A stretch of DNA of 64,000 nucleotides from Eledone cirrhosa (lineage: Eukaryota), in the NCBI GenBank assembly GCA_964016885.1, contig OZ024761.1, positions 15,004,001 through 15,068,000 on the forward strand, in the 5' to 3' direction. Below, in pieces: positions 14,548 through 28,502 of the stretch. The notes under the pieces were generated by a model, which saw only the letters and a list, made by a program, of their open reading frames with translations, had not been told where the DNA came from and made no database searches. Both the position numbers and the translations under genes were made by a program. How positions within the stretch are numbered: position 1 is the stretch's first letter; every line of letters begins with the position of its first letter.

Positions 14548-15840
14548 AGGGCGGTGGATTGGCAGTATCGGTAGAGTGTCGACACCATGCTTTGGAACAT
14601 AAAATTATGGCCCTTTACACTCTGAGTTCAAATCCAGCCGAGGTTAACATTGCCTTTCATCCTTACGGGGTCGATAAAATGAAGCACTTCCCCCTCCCCT
14701 TCAAATTGCTGGCCTTGTGCCTAAAGTAGAAACAATTATTACTATTAAGTATAAGCAGTGGATTGTAAGAATTGGTAGAGCATCAGACAATATGCTTCGC
14801 GGGATTGATAAAATAACGTATCAGTAATTCAGTAAAATAAAGTACCAGTAATTCAGTAAAATAAAGTACCAGTAATCCAGTAAAATAACGTACCAGTAAT
14901 TCAGTAAAATAAAGTACCAGTAATTCAGTAAAATAAAGTACCAGTAATTCAGTAAAATAAAGTACCAGTAATTCAGTAAAATAAAGTACCAGTAATTCAG
15001 TAAAATAAAGTACCAGTAATCCAGTAAAATAAAGTATCAGTAATCCAGTAAAATAAAGTACCAGTAATTCAATAAAATGAAGTACCGGTAATTCAGTAAA
15101 ATGAAGTAGCGGTAATTCAGTAAAATGAAGTACCGGCAATTCAGTAAAATGAAGTACCGGCAATTCAGTAAAATGAAGTACCAGTACTTCAGTAAAATAA
15201 AGTACCAGTAACACACTGGGGTCGATTAAAATCGACTTTCTCATCCACCAAAATTGATAGCCTTGTACCTAAATCAGAAACCATTTAGACAAATTTAACC
15301 TTGCCGGTATTTGGCCCTTTATGGTCTGAGTTCAAATCCCGCTGAGGTTAACTTCACCTTTCATTATTACGGGGTTGATAAATAAAGCACCAGTAATGCA
15401 CTGGGGTGATTGCTGGCCTTGTGCTAAAAATAAGAAACAACTATTATGAGAAAGGTAGATTGGCAGTATCGGTAGAGTGTTCAACAACGTGCTCTGAGGC
15501 ATAGAGTTATGACCCTTTACTGTCTGAGTTCAAATCCTGTGCCGAGGTTAGCTTTGCCTTTCATCATTACAGGGTGGATAAAATAAAGTACCAGTCACAC
15601 ACTGAGATTGATTTAATCGACATCTCCCCTTCCCCCAAATTGCTGGCCTTGTGCCTAGTAGAAACAGTATCGGTAGAGCGTCAGACACCATGCTTTGCAG
15701 CATAGAGTTATTGCTCTTTACGTTCTGAGTTCAAATTCGGTTGAGGTTAACTTTGCCTTTCATTCTTACGATAAAATGAAATACCAGTAATGTACTGGAG
15801 GTGATTGCTGGCCTTGTGCCAAGAGTAGGAACAATTATTA
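14548..15840 (+). mobile_element. Head-to-tail cluster of about 5 tRNA-derived SINEs with a Meta-like domain
   Basis: Unit tggcagtatcggtagagc...gagttcaaatccc...gcctttcatccttacggggtcgataaaataaagtaccag...gtagaaacaattattatt. Confidence 0.88.
14822..15210 (+). repeat. 24-bp tandem array inside a SINE
   Basis: gtaattcagtaaaataaagtacca x about 16. Confidence 0.95.
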
Positions 15841-16290
15841 TGGCAGTATTGTTATCACCATTATAGTTGTTGTTTACTTTTCATTTGTTTTTTTGTTTGC
15901 TTGTTTTGAAGCCCCTGTTTGTTTGTTTATCGATTCTTCATCCCCCGCCCCTGCCTTCAAGGCGGTGGGGGGGGGGGTCCTTTATAATTTTCTTTTTTTC
16001 CTGTTTTGTCTTCATATTTATTTATTTAATGTTTTTTTTTTATTTGTTTCTGTGTCTTAAATTGTTTTTATATAATTATTGAATTTTTATATTTTTTGTT
16101 GCTTTCGTTCAAAATTTTTCTTACCAATGTTGTTGTTGTTGTCACTTTGTTGTTGTCATCGTTGTCATTTTGTTATTGTTGTTGTCCTTGTATAAAATAT
16201 TTATCCAGTCTTGTCCAGTTATTGTATGAAAGACCTTATATAAATACTTACTTTATATACACATATATATATATATGTTGGTGTGTATAT

Positions 16291-17899
16291 CATCATCGTT
16301 TAACGTCCATTTTCCACGCTAGCATGGGTCTGGACGGGAATTGTCCCACTTGAGGCAAGATTGGTTGTCTTGCTCAGGACTGTCTGGCGGGTTTTCTACG
16401 GCTGGATGCCCTTCCTAACACCAACCACGTTTACAGTGTGGACTGGGAGGTTTTTACCGTGTTACCTACACGGCCACATTACAGCGTGGACTGTGTGTTT
16501 TTTTGTCGTGACACCTACACGACCTCATTTGTTTCGGACTGGATGTTGTGGTACCAACATAACTTCACATTTAAGGGGGTGGTGTGGATGGGGGTGTGGG
16601 TAGTGGGGCTGGGGTGTATTTTGTTAGAGGTGCCTACTGACTGTAGGTTTCGCTTTGTATTTAGGCAAGGCGGATCTTCTGTATAACTGTGTAGTGCCAA
16701 AGATCTCGGTCCAGTGACATTGTCTTAGAGAGGTGTAAGTGTGTGAGGTTGGAATTTATCAAGTCGTCCCAGGTTTTTCTGGGTCTGCCTACTACGTGGC
16801 TACCGTCTATTTTTATCGCCCTGCACATTTTTATACAGCTGTCGTCTTTCATACGCGTCACATGACCATACCAACATAGTCTTCTCTCAAGTAAACAACA
16901 TCTGATCCCTCTTATTCCTAATTTCTCCCTTAGTTCGTTTATGCTTTGCCATTCACGTATATTACTATTACACATCCAGTGAAGCATGCAAGCTTTGTTT
17001 CTCTCCAGTCTGCGTATATCCTCTGCACACAATGCCCAGGTCTCACTGCCATGTAACATTGCTGTTCGTATGCAGGCATCATACAGCCTGCCTTTCATTT
17101 TTAGAGAGAACCCTTTAGCGGCCAATAGTGGTATAAGCTCTCTGAACTTTTTCCATCCCGTTCTGACTCTAGCTACTGTACTTTCAGAGCACCCTCCCCC
17201 ACTGCTGATTTTGTCACCCAGGTAACGGAAGCTGTCCACTATTTCTATAGAACCATCTGTGCAATGGAATGAGCTAGTATTCTGTGGGCACTTGCTGCTA
17301 CTTATTGCACCAGAGCACCGGCCACATGTAAAATCTATGTTCTTGGTTAGCTTACCTGTGATCCCACTACATCTTTTATGCACCCATACTTTGCATTTAG
17401 GACATAAAATGGAGTTTCTACCTACGCCTTTCCTACACACTGAGCATGGCCATTTCCCAGATGGGACCGGTGCCCTATTTTCCTTCCTACAAACTAGAAC
17501 TTTAGTCTTAGACAAGTTAACTTTAAGGCCTTTTGATTCTAGGCCATGCTTCCATGTTTGGAATTTCTTCTCTAGTTACACCATTGATTCAGCTATGAGC
17601 ATTAGATCATCTGCATATAGGAGTTCCCATGGGCAGCCGGTCTTGAACTCCTCTGTTATAGCCTGAAGGGCAATAATAAATAGTAGGGGGCTAAGGACAG
17701 AGCCCTGATGAACACCAACTTTTACGCTAAACTCTTCACTATATTCGTTGTTAATTCTAACCTTGCTGACTGTTTCTTTATACATGGCTTGTATAGCTCT
17801 CACAAGCCATTCATCAATACCTAGTTTTCTAAGGGCCCACCAGATAATCGAGCGGGGTACTCTGTCAAAGGCTTTCTCCAAGTCAACAAAGGCTAAGTA
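16291..17899 (-). mobile_element. 5'-truncated RTE-type non-LTR retrotransposon (RT C-terminal half, 3' UTR, (GAT)n tail)
   Basis: AFVDLEKAFDRVP, GVHQGSVLSPLLF, LLYADDL, KTK, FRYLG, MLHGSETW, WYGHV, GRPRKTW; one in-frame stop at 17576-17578; ORF ends 16661; 3' end ...gctagcgtggaaaatggacgttaaacgatgatg. Confidence 0.95.
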
Positions 17900-18012
17900 T
17901 ATATATATAAATATGTATATTGGTGTGTATGTATATAAATATGTATGTATGTGTGTATGTGAATATATATGTATGTATATTATATTGTTTCTCTTTCTTT
18001 ATATAAATATAA

Positions 18013-18048
<36 letters not shown>

Positions 18049-18439
18049 TTGTGTATGTATATACATATGTGTATATATTTATCTGTGTGTGTATGTATTT
18101 ATATATGTGTATATAAATATGTATATGTGTATATATATGTATATGTGTGTGTTTATATATATATATATATATATACTACTCACACCAATGACACCACTGC
18201 ACCCTCACAAAAAATAGAATACATTACCTAATGTACTCCAAAACACTCCATTGCCCTCATCATCATCATCATCACCATGAGTTGCTCTTATGCCATCTAT
18301 GTGTGATGGTCTAAATCTGTTAACTAGTGTAACACGAATGCCACCAGCACCACCAGGCTTTTGGGTGATCTTTTGTTGCCAGTATTCAGGCAAGGTCTAG
18401 GGTTTGAGAGTACCTTCCTCATTTCTTTTGTTTCTTCTA

Positions 18440-19025
18440 CCCCTCCCACCAGTCCGAGAAGCCTTGAAATATGTCAAGGGCACTGCCCCTTCCATCAGAT
18501 TCTGGGACCTTGAAATGTGTCATGAGCACTGCCCCTTCCACCAGTCCCAGAGGCCTTGAAATGTGTCGTGGGCACTGCCGCTTCCACCAGTTCCAGGGGC
18601 TTTGAAATGTGTCGTGGGCACTGCCCCTTCCACCAGTCCCAGAGGCCTTGAAATGTGTCGTGGGCACTGCCCTTTGCACCAGTCCCAGAGGCCTTGAAAT
18701 GTGTTGTGGGCACTGCCCCTTCCACCAGTCCCAGATGCCTTGAATTGTGTCATGGGCACTTTCCTTCCCACCAATCCCAAAGGCCTTGAAATGTGTCATG
18801 GGCACTGCCCTCCCACCAGATTCTGGGGCCTTCAAATGTGTCATGGGGACTGTCCATTCCATCGAATCGAGCCCCTATAAAAAGGACATGGATACTGTTC
18901 TTCCCGCCCTCCTGCCCTACCTACCTGTCTGAGAGGCTTTGAAGAAGGTCATGCACACTGTCCCTTCTTCCTACTCTACCCACCAATCTCAGAGGTCTTG
19001 AAAAGGGTCATATACCCTGCCCCTC
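18440..19025. repeat. 46-bp minisatellite
   Basis: ccaccagtcccagaggccttgaaatgtgtcgtgggcactgcccctt units. Confidence 0.92.
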
Positions 19026-20628
19026 TCTCCGTGACTAAACCGTAAAAAAATTGGGAGTGGTGTTAAGAGTTTTCTTTATTTTATGTGACAAATTGAGGAC
19101 CATAGTGCCATTGGGTTTCCAAGTGGTCAGGGGTTCACTGGGTTTATTTGAAGGCGAAAGTAACAAGGGAGTACATATAGCTCAGTGCAGAATACTTTTT
19201 CACCGGTATTTAGATCATTGACATATGAGGATAAACTGAAAAGTTCATAGGCTGGCCAAGTTACTCTCAAATGAGGTTTATTTTTTTCAATGTAGTCCCT
19301 GGAAAGGGTGGAATATTTCACAGCTCTAGCATCAATCCTTCATAGTCAGCCTATGAATGTTTCAGTCAATCCCTTTACATTGGCAATAGGGATAACATAT
19401 ACACATACACATAACAGGCTTCAGCACAGTTTCTGTTGACCAAATTTCATACAGAAAGTATCAGTCCACCAACCACAGCTGTTATAGAAGACAACTCACC
19501 CCTAAGTGTTGTGCTATAATGGAATCTAAAGCTGAACACAGCGCCTCATAGTTCTGAAGTGAACTCATTTACCACACAGCAATTTCCTGGATTTTGTTTG
19601 ATGGAGAAAGCAACAAGAGAGGTTGGTGCACAGGACAAAAACAAGCGGGGAAAGGACAGTCCCATCTCTGGAAAGGTTGATACTTTTTATTCCAGTGAAC
19701 ATTAGGATATAAAGAAACAAGTAGAGATAAAGATAGGATTAGTTATGCCTTTCAGCGAATTATACAAATATTTATTTTTATACACACACACATATATATA
19801 TGTATATTATAAATTATATATTATATATATATATATTGATATATATATATATTATATATTATATATTGATATATATATATATTATATATATCATATATAT
19901 ATTATATATGATATATATATATAAATATATATATATATACACAAATATATATATATATTATATATATATATATATTATATATATATAATATATATATTAT
20001 ATATATATATTATATATATATAATATATATATTATATATATATAATATATATATTATATATATATAATATATATATTATATATTATATATATATATATAT
20101 AAATATATATATATACACAAATATATATATATTATATATATATAATATGTATATATATATAAATATATATATATACACAAATATATATATATATTATATA
20201 TATCATATATATATTGTATATATATATATTGTATATATATATATTATATATATATATATCATATATATATTGTATATATATATATATTATATATATTATA
20301 TATATCATATATATATTATATATATATATATATATTATATATATCATATATATATTATATATATATATATAATATATATATTATATATATCATATATATA
20401 TTATATATATATATATAATATATATATTATATATATCATATATATATTATATATATATATATAATATATATATTATATATATCATATATATATTATATAT
20501 ATATATAATATATATATTATATATATCATATATATATTATATATATATATATAATATATATATTATATATATCATATATATATTATATATATATAATATA
20601 TATATATATATACACACAAATACATATA

Positions 20629-21513
20629 CGAGGTGTGCCAGAAAAGTTCCAGGACTGATGTCACAAAAGATTTATTTCAAACCCAAACTTCACTCTAAGA
20701 GTTTTCTCCTTCAAAGTAATCCCCCTGGAGTATGTAACTGTAATCTTAGCTCTCTGCAGCGATCAAACTTTTTTCTTCATAATTTTATATACATGTCCTC
20801 TGTTTCAGGTCGTCAAGCAATGAGCACAGAGCAATGAACAAACTTGAAGTTTCTGGTACGGTTGGGGAAAACTCCGTCAGAAGCACTGGGATTGCTGCAG
20901 CAAGTGTATGGAGATGAGACGATGTCACACTCACGTGTTTTTGAGTGGTGCAAGATGACCCCAGGAGCGGAAGGCCCTCAACAACCAGGACTCAGGTCAA
21001 CGTTGAGCGCGTCAGGCAGATGGTGCGTAGCGATCGTCGGCTGACCGTTCGACTGATGGCAAATGAGCTGGGCATGAATCGGGACAGAGTCTGCAAGATT
21101 CTCACTGAAGATTTGGACATGCGGAAAGTCTGCGTGAAGATGGTGCCAAGACTGCTGAATGATGACCAGAAGGGTGACGCATGCAAGTGTGCCAGGACAT
21201 CCTCGAGCGTCTTGAAACCGAACCAGACTTGCTAGGAACAGTCATCACCGGTGATGAGTCATGGATCTTCGAGTACGAGCCGGAGGGGACCCGTTTTGAA
21301 GACGTGGACGACATCAAAAAGGTTGTGACGACGGAACTGCAGAGGATCCCGGAAGAATCCTTCCAGGAGTGCATGCAAGCGTAGCAGAAAAGGATGGAAA
21401 AGTGCATTAGACTCCAGGGGGATTACTTTGAAGGAGAAAACTCTTAGTGTGAAGTTTGGGTTTGAAATAAATCTTTTGTGAGATCAGTCCTGGAACCTTT
21501 CTGACACACCTCG
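20629..21513 (+). mobile_element. Tc1/mariner DNA transposon, internally deleted, defective transposase
   Basis: TA on both sides, 103-bp terminal inverted repeats (20629-20731 / 21411-21513), frameshifted peptides KFLVRLGKTPSE, DDPRSGRPST, MVPRLL, VITGDESWIFEY, GDYFE; the region with the 2nd and 3rd catalytic Asp (YSPDL) is missing. Confidence 0.95.
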
Positions 21514-21823
21514 TATATGTATATATATATGAGAGAGAGAGAGAATTATAGTAGTATACAGTTTCCGGTAGTGTAATCAATTAATTTGATTATGTAACAA
21601 GAAACTGAAGCTACTTACAGTGGTATTTTAGTCAAAGGTCGAATTATTTCATTTGGTAAATCTTGTGGTAGTTCCTCCTTAGGTCCCACATATAACAATT
21701 TACAGAGTATTATTAAAAGCAACACATTTCAGAAGAGTGGGAATATCATTTATTACATAACACTAATAAATGGTATTTGCATTCTTCTGGAATGTAGTGT
21801 TTAAAATAATAGCTTTGTAAATT

Positions 21824-21942
<119 letters not shown>

Positions 21943-21950
21943 TAATATAT

Positions 21951-21993
<43 letters not shown>

Positions 21994-22015
21994 TATATAT
22001 ATATAATATATATAT

Positions 22016-22092
<77 letters not shown>

Positions 22093-22103
22093 TATATATA
22101 TAT

Positions 22104-22233
<130 letters not shown>

Positions 22234-22247
22234 TATATATATAATAT

Positions 22248-22336
<89 letters not shown>

Positions 22337-22340
22337 ATAT

Positions 22341-22372
<32 letters not shown>

Positions 22373-22395
22373 AATATAATATATATATAATATAT

Positions 22396-22481
<86 letters not shown>

Positions 22482-22784
22482 TATAATATATATATATGTA
22501 TGTATGTGTTATATATGTGTGTGTGTGTCAGTCGTGGATTCAATAAGGGGTAACCACAGTAAGTAAGTAAGGTACTCAATACATTAGTAGAGTGTGTACA
22601 ACAAATTTAATATAGAAATTTATATAAATATAAATATTTATATATAAATATGGGATAACAAGTTATCGTTATAGGTAATCCAGTTAGAGGTTGTGAGTAC
22701 TCTGCGTCGTGGATAGTTTATATATATATATATGTATGTATAAATATATATATATATGTATGTATGTATAAATACATATTTTTA

Positions 22785-23000
22785 ACCGATCGACTTTCGT
22801 CAAATCGGACCGAGGGAACAATGTTTCCGTTGGTCTTTCCAATTGCTAATACTATCTATCGGTCGCAGCTCCAGGTAGAAGGAACAACGTGAAATAAAGT
22901 GTCTTGCTCAAGGACATAACGCATCGCCCGGTCCAGGAATCGAACTCACAACCTCAAGATTGTGAATCCAATTCTCTAACCACTCAGCCACACGCCTTCA
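22785..23000 (-). mobile_element. tRNA-derived SINE, related head with different 3' part (second copy 43420-43620)
   Basis: Same ccttgagcaagacactttatttcac box and tRNA head; two very similar copies. Confidence 0.8.
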
Positions 23001-23866
23001 CAAATATATATATATAAACTATCCACGATGCAGAGTATGTATGTATAAATATATATATATATATATATATGAAGGTATGTATAGTATATTTGGCAATATA
23101 CTGTATGTTTAATTAAAAACATTTTGAAGACCATTTGCTATGATTTTTATAGTAGTGACTATGTCACTTACTTATTCTCGGCAAAAGGAAAGAAGAGTTA
23201 TCGGCAATCCTGTTTCTCACTCCTTTGCTTCTGTCGAGGGTTATAGAAGCTGGATTCTTACAGAATTTTAGTAATATTTAAGAGCTGATTAAACAGCGGC
23301 TGTTGGTCCACCAAAAGTTTGGTATTAGTAATGGTGCTCTGAAATATCGATGTATACATTAATGTATGTATTGCTTTTGCCGAGAATAAGTAAGTGACGT
23401 AGTCCCTCCTTTAAAACTCATAGCGAATGGTCTTCAAAACAAATGTATAATCAGCTGATAGTGAAATAAGATAATTACAGCATTGTTAGAATATATAAGA
23501 TGTTTTTATAGATAGAAAATATTTATATAGTTTAACATATTTTATTGTGGGCCTAAATACCCAGATATGACCTGATATAACAAGAAGAGAAAATATTGAC
23601 TAAAGCCATTGTGATCACTAGTTGACTTCTGATGATAGGAATGTCTGAAAATATAAAATATAGATTATAAACAGGAATAGAAAATCTTTACAGTAAAATG
23701 AAAAAACTTTTTAGTTAAACATACAGTATATTGCCAAATATACTATACATACTTTCATGTATACATCGCTATTTGAGTACCAATGCTAATATATGTATAT
23801 ATGTATATATAAATATATATATATATGTATATATAAATATATAAAAATATATATATATATCTATAC

Positions 23867-24201
23867 GATATTAAATAAATGGAAACTATATTTATAAAAC
23901 CATATTTATTTCATTATATATATTTCAGGGATATCATATTAACAATATGCTATGCCTTCCTCAGACAAAATACAATATAAACAGTTTTATAGATAAATAG
24001 ATTTGTATTTTGTCTGAGGAAGGCATAGCATATTGTTAATATGATATCCCTGAAATATATATATTGAAATAAATATGGTTTTATAAATATAGTTTCCATT
24101 TATTTAATATCATAAATATACTCCAAATACTTGTCGAGTGCTTTTATATCAGTTATAAATATTTACTAGTTGTAACCCAACAATTTAAATATAACTTTCC
24201 A
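23867..24201 (+). mobile_element. Penelope-like fold-back with tail
   Basis: Arms 23867-23975 / 24003-24111; tail hairpin ACTC-caaatacttg-tc-GAGT 24120-24139. Confidence 0.8.
24003..24075 (+). ncRNA. Hammerhead-like motif in fold-back arm
   Basis: CTGAGGA (24014-24020)-aggcatagcatatt/aatatgatatccct-GAAA (24052)-TATATATA-TT. Confidence 0.6.
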
Positions 24202-24209
24202 TATATATA

Positions 24210-24255
<46 letters not shown>

Positions 24256-24365
24256 CATACAGTATATTATCAAATATACTATACATACATTCATGTATAC
24301 ATCGCTATTTAAGAGCACCAATGCTAATATATGTATATATGTATATATAAATATATATGTATATG

Positions 24366-24425
<60 letters not shown>

Positions 24426-24832
24426 TATACAGTATATTATCAAATATACTATACATACATTCATGTATACATCACTATTTCAGAGCACCAATACTAATAC
24501 CTAATTTGTGCTGGACCGGCAATGGCTCTGTTTAATCAGCTCTTAAACATTACTGGAATTCTATAAGAATCCACCTTCAGTAGAAGCAAAGGAGTGAGTG
24601 ATCTTGATAAATGCTAATGAGTGAGAAACAGGACTCTCGATCACTCTCCTTTGCTTTTGCCGAGAATAAGTAAGTGACATAGTCACTACTTTAAAACTGA
24701 TAGCGTATGGTCTTCTAAATGTTTTTAGTTAAACATACAGTATATTGCCAAATATACTATACATACATGCATGTATACATCGCTATTTCAGAGCACCAAT
24801 GCTAATATATGTATATATATATATATATATAA

Positions 24833-24883
<51 letters not shown>

Positions 24884-24889
24884 AATATA

Positions 24890-24940
<51 letters not shown>

Positions 24941-25207
24941 ATATATAAGCTGAAACTGCTTGACGTCGCGGTTGGGTTAATACCTTCGATACCCACTTTG
25001 CTTCTTCCCATGCATTGAGTTCTCCCATGATTTGTGGTATTGCCAGTCTCAGCACCACAGACCATATATATATATAATATAATCATCAAACAACGATGAT
25101 GATGATATCTGTGTATGTGTGTGTGTGTGTGTGTGTGTATGCATATGTATATATACGTGTATATATATATATGTGTATGTATATGTATATATAGGTGTAT
25201 GTATATA

Positions 25208-25255
<48 letters not shown>

Positions 25256-25325
25256 TGGAAGACTCATTGACCTGACCTCAGTATATAAACATCAATGATG
25301 ATGACATATATACACATACATGCAC

Positions 25326-25356
<31 letters not shown>

Positions 25357-26846
25357 CATACATTTATGTAAATATACTCTACATGCATATGTACATGTGC
25401 GCATGTAAATATATATGTATCTATCTATCTATGTATGTATATATGTATCTGTGTGTGTATATATGAGTGCATGTGTGTGTACAATATATTCTGATGTAGT
25501 TGTACAAATCTATTATTGAAATATGTTTCTATTTTTCCACTTTATTCCAAGCTGGCACTGTGGGCAGGTTTGTTGTCTTACTCTTTGTTTTCTTTCTTTA
25601 TTCATCAACTTTTAATATTCCTCAGTATTTTTGGTATTGTTAATGGCAGCTACTAGCTTAGCTTAGCTTAGCTCAGCTTTACTGTGCTTTACTTTAGTAA
25701 CAGATCCTCTTAGTGATGAGAAGTAGACAGGTAGATGGACAGACAGACAGACAGATGGATGGATGTGGATAGATAGAGAAGTAGTTAGATAACTTTGATA
25801 ACTTTTGGCCAGTATTGGCCCAGGCCATGTCTAACTTAATAGCAGTCTTTCAAATCAGGATTTGGACACCATGGCCCACTCAAGTAAAGAGTTATTGTTT
25901 ACGGGACATATCCGGGATTTCTTGAAGGAATTTTTCCAAAGATTTCTTGAACTTTATGGGGGTCTGTTTCCATTTTAATGTATGTTGGTGTAATGTTAAA
26001 GAGAGCGGGGCCAATTGAAGTGAAATAATTGTGCCGTATTTTTGTTATGAGATGCAAGTGAGATTTTTGTCGTGGGCGGATAGCATGAGGCCCAAGCCTT
26101 GTGTGTACCTTAAAGGTGATGCCAACATCATTTGTTTTGATGGATAGATATATGTGGATAGACTAATAGGTAGATAGTTGTGGATAGACAGATAGATGTA
26201 TAGATATATGGTTGGATGGATAGGTAGTGAGATAGATGTGGATAGAGAATTAGCGAGCTAACTTAATAGATGGTTGGATAGATAGAAAGAAATATAAATG
26301 TAGATAGACACACGAATAGATATGAATATATAGGCAGGTGGATAGGTATATAGATAGATAGATAGAAAGGTTGTTAGGTAGTAGAGAGAAAGGGATCGAT
26401 ATAGATAGAAGAGAGAGAGCTGCTACTTCTCTGAATTGAAGGCATGTGGTTAGAATGTCTCAGGAAAGAATTGCTGGACAGATTTTACGGGCAAAACTAG
26501 CCAGCAAGAGACCCACGTGTAGAACCTGAGCAAGATGGCTGGAGAACATCCATGAGCTCAGCTGGTCTCACTTGGGGATCCAGCCAGATCAGTTGGAAAT
26601 ATTTGCTTCTGACAGGACCCACTGGAAGGAGTGTTTGAGGACTCTGCCCTTCACACAACCTTCTCAGGAATAAGTGGGTGAAGAAGAAAGGTAGATGTAT
26701 AGGGATATATATTGATAGATAGATAGATAGATAGGGAGGTAGGTAGATACACTTGTTGGTAGGTATGCAGAGATCAATGTAGATTGATGGGTAGATATAT
26801 AGAAATCAATAGGTAGATATATATTGATATGATTCTTGATTATTAT

Positions 26847-27172
26847 TGTGGATTGGCAGAATCGATAGAGCATCAGACAACCTGCTTACCAGCATAGAGT
26901 TACAGACCTTTACGTTCTGAGTTCAAATCCTGCCGAGGTTCGCGTTGCCTTTCATCCTTACGGGGCTGATAAAATAAAGTTCCAGTAATGCACTGGGTCA
27001 TTTTAATCAACTTTCCTCACCCCCAAATTGTTGGCCTTGTGCCTAAATCATTGGCAGTATTGGTAGAGCGTTGGACAACTTGCTTTGTGGCCTAGAGTTA
27101 CAGCCCTTTACCTTCTGAGTTCTAATCCTGCCGCCCTAAAATTGCTGGTCTAGTGCCTAAATCAGAAACCAT
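26847..27172 (+). mobile_element. Meta-like SINE pair
   Basis: Same unit as 14548; second copy internally deleted. Confidence 0.85.
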
Positions 27173-27388
27173 TACAAGTTTTTTCCTTTTAATCATTAGA
27201 AATATGGTAAAGGCTTAAAGCACTGGTAGTATAATATGGTTAGGTTAGATTTATGGTGAGGGGTGATTCGAGGAAGGCTCTTGATGGCTACCACTTGTAT
27301 TTCTAGCTTGTGAGGTGACTATGTAGTAACATAATAATGTGTTTCAGTCCAGCAGTGTATGTGTACTTGTGGGTGTCGTGTAAGTACA

Positions 27389-27755
27389 AGCTCATGAAAT
27401 GATATATTAATATATTCTTCTCCCCACCTTCCTCCAGTCAGCAGTGGGAGTGGCTATGAATGTTATGTAGTGGAAGCTCATGAAATAATATATTAATATA
27501 TTCTTCTCCCCACCTTCCTCCAATCAGCAGTGGGAGTGGCTATGAATGTTATGTAGTGGAAGCTCATGAAATAATATATTCCACTCCCCCTCCCTTCAGT
27601 CCAGATGTGGGCATGGCTATGAGTGTCATTTAACTACAAACCCAAGAAATAGTGATGTATTCCACTCCATCTCCCTTAAATCTGTAGTGGGTGTGGCTCA
27701 AGAAATAATATATTCCACTCCACCTCCCTTAAATCAGGAGTGGGTATGGCTAAGG
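27389..27755. repeat. 86-bp tandem repeat
   Basis: aagctcatgaaat recurs with an 86-bp period, then degenerates. Confidence 0.8.
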
Positions 27756-27921
27756 GTGGAGGCCTATGTAGAATTGCTAATTCTAATCTCCATCTATATT
27801 GATGTATGAAAGTAAGTGTGTATATATTTATATAGTATATATGTATGTTATGTACACACACACACACACATATATATATAAGGAGGAGGTTATAGTTCAC
27901 TTGAAGCATTGTGTTATGAGG

Positions 27922-28327
27922 TATAAACGTTTGTATATGTATAATAAAGCCAAAACAATGCAGGTATGGACATAGAATAAAGAATGCAAATGCAAAAGAT
28001 ATTGTTGACAATTAGTCTTTTACCTTAGATTTATTTAAATGTCCTTAATTTTCCAGATAATATCTCTTCTTCAGAGGGAAGTAAAGCGGTTAAACCAGTG
28101 TTCTAAATAGCTTGCCAAGTCATGCATGACTTGGCAAGCTATTTAGAACACTGGTTTAACCGCTTTACTTCCCTCCGAAGAAGAGATATTATCTCGAAAA
28201 TTAAGGACATTTAAATAAATCTAAGGTAAAAGACTAATTGTCAACAATATCTTTTGCATTTGCATTCTTTATTCTATGTCCATACCTGCATTGTTTTGGC
28301 TTTATTATACATATACAAACGTTTATA
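27922..28327. mobile_element. 406-bp near-perfect palindrome (Penelope-like fold-back)
   Basis: 203-bp arms, no spacer, centre gtcatg|catgac (28124/28125), two mismatches seen; hammerhead-like motif in each arm. Confidence 0.85.
28171..28207 (+). ncRNA. Minimal hammerhead-like motif (mirror copy on - at 28042-28078)
   Basis: ccct-C(C/T)GAAGA-a-gagat-att-atctc-GAAAATTA-agg. Confidence 0.6.
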
Positions 28328-28502
28328 TATATATATATATATATATATATCTCAACAGTTGATCGACAAGATTCTAGACCACTCAAATCAGAAAATGTAT
28401 TACCTTGTCACACCATTGAGTGCTCTGTGACTGCCCCAAGCAATTCAATTGGTATATGCTATACTGTGGCTACAACTTCGATCTATACCAATTATTATTA
28501 TA

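Noticed and set aside
21712-21810. Fold-back as a member of the tail-hairpin class
   Set aside because: The inverted repeat is real but degenerate and its tail lacks a clear GAGY partner, so it was not counted.
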